A stretch of 64,000 nucleotides of DNA from Candidatus Aminicenantes bacterium. Its GTDB lineage: Bacteria > Acidobacteriota > Aminicenantia > Aminicenantales > JAFGBC01. A program made the position numbers and the translations under genes. Shown in pieces: positions 18,485 to 27,651 of this stretch. Below the pieces are notes generated by a model, which made no database searches, was not told the DNA's origin, and saw nothing but the letters and a program-made list of their open reading frames with translations. How positions within the stretch are numbered: the stretch's first letter is position 1; each line of letters begins with the position of its first letter. Location: positions 2,432,001-2,496,000 of the forward strand of contig OY969696.1 of NCBI GenBank assembly GCA_963702005.1, in the 5' to 3' direction.

Positions 18485-19249
18485 ATGAAAGCTCATTCCG
18501 TGGCGTTGCTTGGGGCGCTGGCCATCGGCCTGGCCGCCTGCGCGTCCGCTCCCAAGGCGCCCGCCCTGGACAACGAGAAGAATCCCCAGTATCAGTACGA
18601 TAAGGCCGTCATCTCCATGAACTACGGTCTCCCCGAGGAAGCCCTCCGCTACCTCGATCAGACCCTCGCTCTCGATCCCAGGTTCGCCAAAGCCCATCGG
18701 CTCAAGGGGATCATCCGCCTCCAGAATAAAGAGCCGGCGCTGGCCGCCGAGGCCTTCGCCCGATGGCTGGAGGTCGATCCCGGCTCCTCCGAAGGCCACC
18801 TCTATCTGGGGACGGCTTGCCAAGAGATGGGAGAGAGCGACCGGGCGGAGGCGGAATTCCGGGCTTCGTTCGAGGTCGACGGCAACGCCCCGGCCGCGTT
18901 CCGGCTCGGCAGGCTCCTGCTGGGGAAAGGGGACCTCGCCAAAGCTCTCGAGTACGCCGACCGCGCGATCGAGAAGGCGGGCAAGGAGAGCGACGGCTAC
19001 AACCTCAAGGGCGTCATCCTCAACCAGACGGGGCGCTACCCCGAGGCCGTCGCGAGCTTCCAGGCGGCCCTCGCCCTGGCCCCCAACGATCCCAGCCTCA
19101 TGGTCAATTTGGGCATCGCCTTCATCAACAACGGCGCGCACGATAAGGCCCGGACGCTGTTCGAGAAGGCCCTGCCGCTCCTCAAGGACCCGGCGCTCAG
19201 GGATAAGGTCCAGAATTACCTGAAGATGATCGACGGCCGGAAGACCTGA
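18485..19249 (+). CDS. TPR-repeat lipoprotein (PilF/PilW pilotin-like)
   Basis: Lipobox LAAC; repeated TPR patterns (ALALDP...AH...G, YNLKGVIL...GRYPEA...ALALAP). Confidence 0.75.
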   Translation: MKAHSVALLGALAIGLAACASAPKAPALDNEKNPQYQYDKAVISMNYGLPEEALRYLDQTLALDPRFAKAHRLKGIIRLQNKEPALAAEAFARWLEVDPGSSEGHLYLGTACQEMGESDRAEAEFRASFEVDGNAPAAFRLGRLLLGKGDLAKALEYADRAIEKAGKESDGYNLKGVILNQTGRYPEAVASFQAALALAPNDPSLMVNLGIAFINNGAHDKARTLFEKALPLLKDPALRDKVQNYLKMIDGRKT

Positions 19250-19273
19250 GGGCGGCGCCGGCGGGGGGCCGGG

Positions 19274-20335
19274 TCAGTCGGCCCGGACAAGCGTCAAACG
19301 AACTTTCCGTTGTTTGTCGTCCCGAACGACCGTCAGAGTCACGACATCGCCGATCTGGCGGTTGTCGAGCGCCGAATAGAGATCGTCGTAGGAATGAACG
19401 GGGGCGCCGTCGACGGCCGTGATGACGTCCCTGATGTAGAGCTGTCCCTGGTTGTCGCGCCCGAGTCCGCGCAACCCGGCCCGGTAAGCTTCGCCGTTTT
19501 CGGGCAATCCGCGGATGATGACGCCGTCGATCCCGGCCCGCCGGGCATAGCGGTCGTCCAGCGGGGTGACGCCGATCCAGGGCCGGATGACCTTGCCGAA
19601 GCGGATGATCTCGGGGACGATCTTCTTGACCGTGTCGACCGGGACGGCGAACCCGATCCCGCTCGAGGCGCCCGACGGGGAGATGATCATCGTGTTCATC
19701 CCGATCAGGGCGCCCGTCGAATCGAGGAGAGGGCCGCCCGAGTTCCCGGGGTTGATCGAGGCGTCGGTCTGGATCATGTCCCGGATCGTGACGCCCCCCG
19801 CGCCCGGCATGCTCCGGCCCAGGGCGCTGACGATGCCGGTGGTGACCGTGTGGTCGAAGCCGAAGGGATTCCCGATGGCGATGACCTTCTGCCCGACCTG
19901 GAGGTCCTTCGAGGATCCGGCCCGAACGGGGAAGAGGGCCGACCGATCTCCTTCGATGAGGAGGACGGCTATGTCCTTGTTGGGCTCCTTGCCGATGAGC
20001 CGGGCCCGCCGTTCCTGCTGGTTGGGAAGGGTCACGTTGAAAATGTCGCCGTCCTCGATGACATGATAATTCGTGACGATGTGCCCCTGGTCGTCCCAGA
20101 CGAAGCCGGACCCGCTGCCGCGCGGGACCTCCTCCTCGGACGAATAGAAGAAGTCGCGGACGAGCTGGATGTTCGTGACGAAGACCACGGAGTTCTGGAG
20201 CCGCTTGACGACCTCGATCGTGTTGCGCTCATCCTCGGTCAAGGCTGCCTGGGACAGGAGCGGGCCTGCCAAGAGCGCGAGCCCGGCGGCCGACAGGATG
20301 ACCACGACAATTAAGCGTGCTTGTTTGGATCTCAT
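19274..20335 (-). CDS. HtrA/DegP-like trypsin serine protease with a PDZ domain
   Basis: GSGSGF, VTNYHV, DIAVL, QTDASINPGNSGGPL; C-terminal PDZ. Confidence 0.93.
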   Translation of the reverse strand: MRSKQARLIVVVILSAAGLALLAGPLLSQAALTEDERNTIEVVKRLQNSVVFVTNIQLVRDFFYSSEEEVPRGSGSGFVWDDQGHIVTNYHVIEDGDIFNVTLPNQQERRARLIGKEPNKDIAVLLIEGDRSALFPVRAGSSKDLQVGQKVIAIGNPFGFDHTVTTGIVSALGRSMPGAGGVTIRDMIQTDASINPGNSGGPLLDSTGALIGMNTMIISPSGASSGIGFAVPVDTVKKIVPEIIRFGKVIRPWIGVTPLDDRYARRAGIDGVIIRGLPENGEAYRAGLRGLGRDNQGQLYIRDVITAVDGAPVHSYDDLYSALDNRQIGDVVTLTVVRDDKQRKVRLTLVRAD

Positions 20336-20358
20336 GATGAAGTTAGCCTCTCAGCGAA

Positions 20359-20387
20359 ACTGTAGCGGAAAGCAAGGCTCTTGACAA
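20359..20387 (-). promoter_or_regulatory. Putative promoter of the HtrA-like gene
   Basis: TTGTCA-N17-TACAGT on the minus strand. Confidence 0.45.
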
Positions 20388-20444
20388 GACACCTTGCTTC
20401 CCAGGGGCCGGACGGCCCCCGCATTCGCGCGCCGGACGCGGATC

Positions 20445-23400
20445 TCAGCGGATGATCCGATAGACCTCCCGCCAGGACTTGATCTTGAGGTTGCTCTGGG
20501 CCACGATCGGCTGGGCCAGGACCTGGCTGGGCGGCTCAGGGCCTCCTCCCTCGCCGGGCTGCGTGTAGCTCTGGATGAAAACCTCGCGTTTGGTTTCGGT
20601 CCCGACTTTGGTGGATGTCCCGATCGTAACGGCCGAGCGAACCTTCTGGAGGGTGGCCAGTGACGCGATCGCCTGTCCGTTGACGTCGGTCAGGGCCGAG
20701 CTTCCCGCCCGCGACCCGGTCGTGTACCGGGCATAGATCTGGCCCGATCCGCTCAGGGTCAAGCAGGGGTTGATGTTCTCGATCGAGCCGTTGACCGTGG
20801 CGATGTAGACGATGCCGTCGGAAATGATGTCGTCGGCCCAGACTTTCTCGCCGGTGGCGAAGGTGCCTTGCTTGAGGCCGGCGTTAATGCCCAGGCCGGC
20901 CGCGTAGGCGTCGGTCCCGATGAACCATTCGACGGTCTGGACGCCGCCGGCGTCCCGGAGGGCGGTGAAGGAGTAGTCCGCGACCGCCGAGGCTTTTTCG
21001 TCGCCGCCCGTCCCGAAGTAGAGGTGGACGGAATGGTCCGAGGCGGAGAAGGAGATAGCCGGCTTGGTGACGATGGGGTAGTTGAAGGGATCTGCGTAAA
21101 TGACTTCCGGCTTCCAGCGGTTTGGGGCGTCGGATACGTCGATCTTCCAGATCCGTCCCAGCAGGTCCCCGAAATAGACGGCCTCGACCGCCCCGTCGTT
21201 ATTCGTGTCGGCCAGGGCCGGCGAACCCGGGATCGTGTCCTGAATGCCGAACGGACTGGCCGGCTCTGGATTTTTCCTGATTTCATCGTTGTAGAGGACC
21301 GCGCCGTTCTCGATATCCACGCAGTAGAAGTGGTTGCCCAGGTTGACGCTCGGGTCGCCGTCCGTGTCGTAGCCCGACCCGAAGAAGGCGACCCAGCGGC
21401 CCGTCGAGGGGAGCCTGCCGATGGCCGGCACCGACCAGGTTTCGCCGGTCGAGTCGGGATCGTTGAACTCCCAGAGGGGCTCGGGCGAGCTGGGGTCGGT
21501 CACATCGATACAGAAGTAATACCAGCCGTGGTCTTTGCCCCAGCCGGGCCCTTGCCCGCAGACGACCACGGTATGCCAGGCGTTGCCGAAGTAGACGTCG
21601 TGAATGGCGGGCGTCCCGTCGACGAAGTAGTGGTGGAAGAGGTATTCTCCGCAGTCCGGGTCCACGATCCGCATCTTCTTGAGCTTGTAGAGGAGGTTGT
21701 TGGGGATGAAGGCCCACTGCTCCTCGAGGGTCGCCGGATGGAAGCAGTGGAGCATGCCGTCGTTGGCTCCGACCAGGATCGAGCGGGGTCGGTCGGCGTG
21801 GCTTGTCTTGAAATCGTCGTAGCCGTCCCCCATCAGAGAGGGGATTCCGGAGGGCGCTTCCAGGACCTGGGGTGAGGAATGGTTGATGTCGCCGAGCTTC
21901 CAGCTCCGGTTCCGGCCCAGGACGAACCTGATCAGGGGTTGGGTTTCGGGGCTTCCGATACCCAGGCCGAGGTAGGGCTCGAGGGCGCTGGCCTCGGAAA
22001 CGTTGAAGTCGATGCGGTCGTTCATGATTCCGTCGACGTCCGCTGCATGGGCCGTGAAGACCTGTCGGCCGTCCCAGGAGGTCGCGGCTAGGACCTCGCC
22101 GGCGTCCTCGACGTAGCTGGCCCCGGCATTCTTGATCTCCTGGATGGTCGAACCCCGCTGATTGGTCAGGGTTATATTGGTCATATCCCAGGAGCGGAGA
22201 TGGCCGCGCCAGGAGGGGAACTCGAAGGACGCGGCAAAGAGGACTTCTTCGTTTCCATTGTGACCGCTGTCGACTTCGGCATACGTGAAGGCATGCGATG
22301 TCCGCGAATATTCCCGTTTGTTAAGGTATTTATAATCGATCCGAATATGGACGATCCGGGGCGTTTTCGTTTCATCCGATGTGGTCAGGACGGCCTTCCA
22401 GCGGAGGAACCAGCCGGGGCTCTGGAACATGAATTCCGTCCCGGCGGTTACCGGACCTTCCCACAGGGGATTGCCGTTCTCGTCGTTGCTGTTGGACATA
22501 TAATAGGTAATCGTCGTCCCGGACGGATGGCTGTCCGACGAGGTCAACGTTGCCGCGACGACGGCGTGATCGGACGTCACGAACGAGCAGGGGAGGAGGT
22601 TGATCGAATAGACCGACCCATGGTCGACGTAGAGGGGGTAGGTGTCGTTCATGACGAAGTAGGTGTTATGGGAGTCGTTTCCGTCGGCGATGAAAAAGTC
22701 ATAGTCCCCGTCATCGTCGTAGTCGCCGACGGCGAGAGAATCGAGGTCGCCCGAGTTCGAGATCTGGCTGCAGCTGGAAGGGACGCAGCCGCTGGTCAAG
22801 GTGTTGGTTCCGTCGTTTTTGAACCAGTAACAATAGCCGCCGGGCGTGTTATACCCGGCCGCGCCGTCGGTCGAAAGCAGGAGGTCCGGGAAGCCGTCGC
22901 TGTTGAAATCGGCCGCGCCCAGCGAGGAACACGAGCCGTGATTCTGCGGGATTTGAATAGTCTTGCTGCTGACTTTGGTGAAGTTCCCCAATCCGTCGTT
23001 CCTGTAGAAGTAGACGTCGCGGGACTGGGAAGACCCGCAGTAAAAATCGAGGTCTCCGTCCCCGTCGAAGTCGGCGGCGGCGACGCCCGTGACGCCGTTC
23101 CGATAATTGGAATTATTCGGATAGGGGTTGATGGAGGTTGAAAGACGGGAGAAGACGCCAAGGCCGTTGTTGATGAAGATGACGACTTCGCCATATCGGG
23201 CCGTCGCCCAGCGAGAGCCGATCGCGACGATGAGGTCCAGGTCGCCGTCGCCGTCGATATCGACCGATTGGATGCTGCTGTTCCACCGCCAGTGGTCGGT
23301 CGTTTGCCCGAATTCTCCCATCGAGTCGTTAATGACGTTTCCCAGGTCGGCGCTCGGCGTCGCAGAGAAGACGGGCGTACCGCCGGGCGTGAGGTGGTTC

Positions 23401-24020
23401 TCGATGAAGAGGTTCTTGAACATGAGGAGCCGTCCATTCCAGGTCAGGACGACGATGTCCGCGTCGCCGTCCTTGTCGTAGTCTCCGGCGCCGCAGTCAA
23501 GAAGCTCATAGGTCGCGTAGGTCGTGTTCGTCTTGGAGTTGTAGATGAGATAATAAGGACCCTCGAACTTGAATCGGGTCGAGTCGTTCGGATCCACTCC
23601 TCTGGAAACGAAGAACGAAATATTGGAATCGGAGTCGTTCGTGTTCCCCAGGCCCGAGGTCGTGTTGTAGTCCGTTTGCATTCCGCCCTGGACGAGGTCG
23701 GGGTAGCCGTCGTTATTGAAATCGGCGGAGGCGGCCGAGAGCCGCATGTTGGACGAGACGCCGTAGTCCCCCCCGGGCAGGAAGTTCGCGCCCTTTTCCT
23801 TGAGCCGGAGGTCGAGGTTTCCGCTGTGCTGGTCGATCGCGATCCCCTGCATGTTGTTGGGGTCGTTGATGTTGATCGTGACCGGGTTGTTCCCGTTGCT
23901 GTAGCCGGTGATGTGATCGCTGTCCGTCGTGCAGCTGGCCACCTGGGCTTTGGCCTTTAGGAAGAAGACCGCCGCCGCGACGATTATCAGGCCGGCGAAA
24001 ATGCAAATGGATTTTTTCAT
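20445..24020 (-). CDS. pilY1: PilY1/PilC-like type IV pilus tip adhesin with N-terminal FG-GAP repeats
   Basis: C-terminal PilY1 propeller motifs LGDINHSSP, VGANDGMLH, EQWAFIP, YFVDGTP, ETWSVP, DTNNDG...YFGDLLGRIWK, WREV; last gene of the minor-pilin operon. Confidence 0.85.
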   Translation of the reverse strand: MKKSICIFAGLIIVAAAVFFLKAKAQVASCTTDSDHITGYSNGNNPVTININDPNNMQGIAIDQHSGNLDLRLKEKGANFLPGGDYGVSSNMRLSAASADFNNDGYPDLVQGGMQTDYNTTSGLGNTNDSDSNISFFVSRGVDPNDSTRFKFEGPYYLIYNSKTNTTYATYELLDCGAGDYDKDGDADIVVLTWNGRLLMFKNLFIENHLTPGGTPVFSATPSADLGNVINDSMGEFGQTTDHWRWNSSIQSVDIDGDGDLDLIVAIGSRWATARYGEVVIFINNGLGVFSRLSTSINPYPNNSNYRNGVTGVAAADFDGDGDLDFYCGSSQSRDVYFYRNDGLGNFTKVSSKTIQIPQNHGSCSSLGAADFNSDGFPDLLLSTDGAAGYNTPGGYCYWFKNDGTNTLTSGCVPSSCSQISNSGDLDSLAVGDYDDDGDYDFFIADGNDSHNTYFVMNDTYPLYVDHGSVYSINLLPCSFVTSDHAVVAATLTSSDSHPSGTTITYYMSNSNDENGNPLWEGPVTAGTEFMFQSPGWFLRWKAVLTTSDETKTPRIVHIRIDYKYLNKREYSRTSHAFTYAEVDSGHNGNEEVLFAASFEFPSWRGHLRSWDMTNITLTNQRGSTIQEIKNAGASYVEDAGEVLAATSWDGRQVFTAHAADVDGIMNDRIDFNVSEASALEPYLGLGIGSPETQPLIRFVLGRNRSWKLGDINHSSPQVLEAPSGIPSLMGDGYDDFKTSHADRPRSILVGANDGMLHCFHPATLEEQWAFIPNNLLYKLKKMRIVDPDCGEYLFHHYFVDGTPAIHDVYFGNAWHTVVVCGQGPGWGKDHGWYYFCIDVTDPSSPEPLWEFNDPDSTGETWSVPAIGRLPSTGRWVAFFGSGYDTDGDPSVNLGNHFYCVDIENGAVLYNDEIRKNPEPASPFGIQDTIPGSPALADTNNDGAVEAVYFGDLLGRIWKIDVSDAPNRWKPEVIYADPFNYPIVTKPAISFSASDHSVHLYFGTGGDEKASAVADYSFTALRDAGGVQTVEWFIGTDAYAAGLGINAGLKQGTFATGEKVWADDIISDGIVYIATVNGSIENINPCLTLSGSGQIYARYTTGSRAGSSALTDVNGQAIASLATLQKVRSAVTIGTSTKVGTETKREVFIQSYTQPGEGGGPEPPSQVLAQPIVAQSNLKIKSWREVYRIIR

Positions 24021-24032
24021 GGTCGTATCCCC

Positions 24033-24563
24033 TTACTGGAGTGCGATTTCGACTTCGATGCGGGCGTAGCTGTTCCGGGGCCCGCGGCCGATCGAGACCA
24101 GGATGCAGTCCGTCGCGTCCGGCGTGCCCTGGGCTTCATCGTTGATCAGGAAGACCGTGTAGCTGAACCGGGTGTCGCCCGGCATGGCCTGGTCGGCGAA
24201 CAGCTCGTTTTCGGAGTTGACCTTGACGTCGGCGACGATCTGCTGGTCGGTCAAGCGGCGGAAATAGTTCGCGTTGAGCGGGTCGTCGAGCCCGGAGGCC
24301 CCGCCGTAGGTCGTCCTGTACAAGGTCGAGAAGTCCGAGATGATCCCGCCGCTGAGCTGGTTTTTGATCTGTAGCCAAGCGGAGTCGAACCCCGCCTCGG
24401 CCGCTTCCAGCGCTTGCTGCTGGAGCCGGACGTTCCCGGCGACCTCGGGGCCAGTCTGGGTTACAGCGATGACGGTCAAGCCGACGGCCAGCAGGAAGGC
24501 GAGGACGAGGATGACGATGATCAGGCCCATGCCTTTCCGGAAGTTGGGTTTTATTCGTCTCAT
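24033..24563 (-). CDS. pilX: PilX-like minor pilin
   Basis: RKG|MGLIIVILVL (no Glu5, as in PilX), QQALEAAEAG; operon position. Confidence 0.7.
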   Translation of the reverse strand: MRRIKPNFRKGMGLIIVILVLAFLLAVGLTVIAVTQTGPEVAGNVRLQQQALEAAEAGFDSAWLQIKNQLSGGIISDFSTLYRTTYGGASGLDDPLNANYFRRLTDQQIVADVKVNSENELFADQAMPGDTRFSYTVFLINDEAQGTPDATDCILVSIGRGPRNSYARIEVEIALQ

Positions 24564-24573
24564 GGCGGCCTCT

Positions 24574-25746
24574 CTAATGTCGTGCCGTATTGTAGATGAC
24601 CAGGGCATTATTCCGGATCGTGGCCGTGGACTCGAGCATGAAGCGGCGGTGCCAATCGTCCGTGGCCATCGCGGGCGAGTTCGACAGGGCCGGTCTCCGG
24701 TAGAGCTGGATGTCGGTGACCGGCGTCTTGGAAACGGTCAGGTAGGGGCGGGCCGTCCGGCCCAGGACCTGGATCCGGATCTGGCTGATGTGGCTCAGGA
24801 ACTCGCGCTTGGTCTGGCGCGCTGCGTCGTCGTCGCCGGCTAAGATCGTCCAGTTCGCGTTGTCCCAGGGCTGGAATCCGTCGAGGGTGTCGTTGTTGTC
24901 GAAGTCGCCGTTGTATTCGAACTGGATGTTCTCGATATTCATGGCCAAGGGCATATGCTGGGGGACGCCGGCATCGGTGTTCGTCGACATGTAGAGGACG
25001 TTGGGGATGCCCAGATAGCCGTCCGTGCCCGCCGTCAGGTTGAGGCTGGGATAATCGTCGGGATCGCCGGTCGAATCCAGCCAGTATAACTTGGTCTGGG
25101 CCATAGTGATGATCCCGTCGTCCCAGCAGGTATCGTCGCAGCCCGTGTCGCTGAGGCCGCCGGGCGGGTTGACGCCGGGCGCCTGGCCGGGGGCGAACAC
25201 GACATGGGCGGTCCCGCTTCCGCAGCCGTGCATTTCATTTTGGGCGATGAACCGGAAGGCGAAGCAGCCCGGGCAGGCGGTCGACATGACAAGGACGGTT
25301 CTGTTCTCGTAGAATCCGGGGCAGTTGTAGGGCGCGTTCTCGAGTTCGTAATCGTAGAGAAAGGCCTCCGCCGAGCTCCCCTGGTAATTCCGGATGTGGA
25401 GGGCAAGCGGATCGTCGAAGTTGCCCATGAGACGGAGGGAGTCCGACGCTTCCGGGACGGGGCCGAAGGCGTCCTGGCCTTCGACCGCGTATCCCGAGAT
25501 ATCCGAGACGAGCCCGACGCCGGCCATCCGGGAGTCCCGCGACACGAAGTACATGGCGGAGCGGACGTCGTGCTGGATTTCAGAGAACTGGGTTTGGTCG
25601 ACCGAGACCTTATTGCTCCGTTCGTAGAGGGCCAGCGTTCCCACGATGACGATCAGGAGAAGCGTGCTTCCCAGGAGGAGCTCGATCAGGGTGAAACCCG
25701 TTCGCGACAGGACCCTTGTTCGTCGGCGCGTCTTCATGGTTCTCAC
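24574..25746 (-). CDS. pilW: PilW-like minor pilin
   Basis: G|FTLIELL class III signal, DSRMAG, PLAMNIENIQFEY, STATIRN. Confidence 0.75.
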   Translation of the reverse strand: MRTMKTRRRTRVLSRTGFTLIELLLGSTLLLIVIVGTLALYERSNKVSVDQTQFSEIQHDVRSAMYFVSRDSRMAGVGLVSDISGYAVEGQDAFGPVPEASDSLRLMGNFDDPLALHIRNYQGSSAEAFLYDYELENAPYNCPGFYENRTVLVMSTACPGCFAFRFIAQNEMHGCGSGTAHVVFAPGQAPGVNPPGGLSDTGCDDTCWDDGIITMAQTKLYWLDSTGDPDDYPSLNLTAGTDGYLGIPNVLYMSTNTDAGVPQHMPLAMNIENIQFEYNGDFDNNDTLDGFQPWDNANWTILAGDDDAARQTKREFLSHISQIRIQVLGRTARPYLTVSKTPVTDIQLYRRPALSNSPAMATDDWHRRFMLESTATIRNNALVIYNTARH

Positions 25747-26192
25747 CTGCTGACGATCGTCTGGATCTGGGCCCGGACTTTATGGCCCTCCGGGTCGTTG
25801 ATGAGGTCGTTGACGGGCGTCTCGAGCTGCTCGGCCGAGAAGACTGAAACTCGGACGTCCCAGAGACCCCCCGTGCTCAGGATCTGGCAGACCCTCCGGT
25901 AGTCGTAGAGCGGATTCCCCAGGCTATCGACGTCCCCGTTGACATTGATAAGATCGTCGATCGGGATTCCGGCCATGGCGCTGATCTCACCCACGGTCAT
26001 GTTCCGGACCGCGTCAATCTGCTGCTGGGCCAGAAAGGTCGCGTTGGCGATCCTGTCCGCCTGCCGGTTCTGGAGGACGGCCAGCGTGAACAGCTCGGCC
26101 AAGCCCAGGACGGCGGTCCCCATCAGGGCCATCCCAACCAGGACCTCGATCAGAGTGAATCCCTTGCCCGTTTTCGATACTCGTTGAGTCAT
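25743..26192 (-). CDS. pilV: PilV-like minor pilin
   Basis: KG|FTLIEVLVGM, ATFLAQQQID. Confidence 0.75.
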   Translation of the reverse strand: MTQRVSKTGKGFTLIEVLVGMALMGTAVLGLAELFTLAVLQNRQADRIANATFLAQQQIDAVRNMTVGEISAMAGIPIDDLINVNGDVDSLGNPLYDYRRVCQILSTGGLWDVRVSVFSAEQLETPVNDLINDPEGHKVRAQIQTIVSR

Positions 26193-26193
26193 A

Positions 26194-26724
26194 TTATGAA
26201 CTCCTGGCCTTGGCGTAGAGGACGGAACCTCCCGCGTAGATGCTGACGATCCGTTCGTCGTCCTGGCCGCCCGATTTGAGCCTGTCGCTCTGCAGGGTGA
26301 CGGTGTTTTGGTTCACGGTGAAGTCCGAGACATACCCGAGAGATGAGAAGGTTACGGCCCGGTTGGGGAGGCTGATCGTTGTCGCAAAATCGGAGGGGAT
26401 GCTTTTTTCGATGAATCCGGCGAGCCTATCCCAAACGCCGGAGGTGGTCTCCTGCTCGATGAGATAGCGCCAGACGCCTTCGGTCTGGACGAAACGGATC
26501 CGGTGGTTGAGCCTAGTCCTTACGGCCATGAGCTTGGCCCGCTGCATTGTCGTCAGGATGTCCTTGGCCGAGTTATCGAACGTCCTTGTCCGTAGGGCGT
26601 TGTTGATGGCCGGAAAGATGGCGAGGGCGAAGGCGCCCAAGAGAGCGACCACGATCAGCATCTCGATGAAGGTATACCCTCGGGACAAGGACAAGTGTCC
26701 CGCCCAAACCCTGGATGTCTTCAT
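26194..26724 (-). CDS. FimT/FimU (GspH-like) minor pilin
   Basis: RG|YTFIEMLIVV, RAKLMAVR, VTFSSLG; start set to ATG 26724 after a GAGAGG SD-like sequence. Confidence 0.75.
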   Translation of the reverse strand: MKTSRVWAGHLSLSRGYTFIEMLIVVALLGAFALAIFPAINNALRTRTFDNSAKDILTTMQRAKLMAVRTRLNHRIRFVQTEGVWRYLIEQETTSGVWDRLAGFIEKSIPSDFATTISLPNRAVTFSSLGYVSDFTVNQNTVTLQSDRLKSGGQDDERIVSIYAGGSVLYAKARSS

Positions 26725-26769
26725 GTTGGCCTGCCTCTCAAGGATGACGTCCCATCTAATTTTGTCGTC

Positions 26770-26798
26770 ATTGTATCCTTCCGTACCGACTTTTTCAA
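26770..26798 (-). promoter_or_regulatory. Putative sigma70 promoter of the minor-pilin operon
   Basis: TTGAAA-N17-TACAAT on the minus strand. Confidence 0.55.
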
Positions 26799-26982
26799 TA
26801 CGGAGCATCCCATTTCCCAGACTGATAGACAGGCCGTCTGCAATATATATCATCGAACCGGACGCTCCCTTTGGCAATCACCTTTTGGGAGGAATCCCGG
26901 GGGGTATTTGGGAGGACCCTGTCACCCGAAAGGGTTACCACCAGATTAGTCTCCGCCAAGGCTCATTTTTGTCGATTCCCTC

Positions 26983-27026
26983 TTGACAAGATGGCGTTTT
27001 CGCACTATTGTATGTTCGGGTGAACA
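26983..27026 (+). promoter_or_regulatory. lexA promoter with a candidate LexA box
   Basis: TTGACA-N17-TATTGT (26983-27011), followed by the palindrome TGTTC-GGGT-GAACA (27013-27026). Confidence 0.75.
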
Positions 27027-27028
27027 AA

Positions 27029-27646
27029 ATGGTAAACAAACTCAGGCGGGAACTGACTCCGAAGCAGGAGCGCGTCCTGAAGGTCCTGGAAGGCTTCGTC
27101 CTCGAGCGGGGGTACGCCCCCACGGTCCGCGAACTCGGGGCGCTCCTCGGCATCGCCAGCCCCTCGGCCGTCTTCAAGCACCTGACGAGCCTGGAAAGGA
27201 AGGGCTATCTGAAGCGGGACAGGGGAGAGGTCCGCCTGCCGGGCGCCCCGGCTCTCCTCGAGAGCCAGGTCCGCGTCCCCCTGGCCGGCCAGGTCGCGGC
27301 CGGGTCGCCGCGCGAGGCCTTCGACATCTCGGGCGAGGCCATGGACGTTCCGTCCTGGATGGTCGGCCGCCGGCGGGGCAACATCTTCTGCATCCGGGTC
27401 GACGGGAAGAGCATGATCGACGCCTACATCGACCACGGCGACCACGTCCTCCTCGAGCGGACGAACACGGCCCACTCGGGCGAGATGGTCGTTGCCCTCC
27501 TCGCGGACGGCTCGGTGACCCTCAAGCGGCTCCGCCAGGACGAGGGCGGGACCTTCCTCGTCCCCGAGAACCCGGCCTTCCAGCCGATCGAGGTCAAAGA
27601 AGCCCGCATCCTGGGGAGGGTCGTCGGGGTCCTGAGAAAGTATTGA
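27029..27646 (+). CDS. lexA: LexA repressor
   Basis: LTPKQ...GYAPTVREL...SPSAVFKHLTSLERKGY winged HTH; VAAG cleavage site; GKSM (Ser), TLKR (Lys). Confidence 0.95.
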   Translation: MVNKLRRELTPKQERVLKVLEGFVLERGYAPTVRELGALLGIASPSAVFKHLTSLERKGYLKRDRGEVRLPGAPALLESQVRVPLAGQVAAGSPREAFDISGEAMDVPSWMVGRRRGNIFCIRVDGKSMIDAYIDHGDHVLLERTNTAHSGEMVVALLADGSVTLKRLRQDEGGTFLVPENPAFQPIEVKEARILGRVVGVLRKY

Positions 27647-27651
27647 ACGCC

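Noticed and set aside
26725-26980. c-di-GMP riboswitch or sigma-54 promoter upstream of the pilin operon
   Set aside because: No GGCAAA...GAAA...GACGCAAA-type core and no correctly spaced TGGCAC-N5-TTGC; a good sigma70 match is present instead.
26983-27651. N-terminal extension of the 657-aa DinB ORF
   Set aside because: Overlaps lexA in another frame and is Arg/Pro/Gly-rich noise; polymerase motifs start only after ATG 27652.
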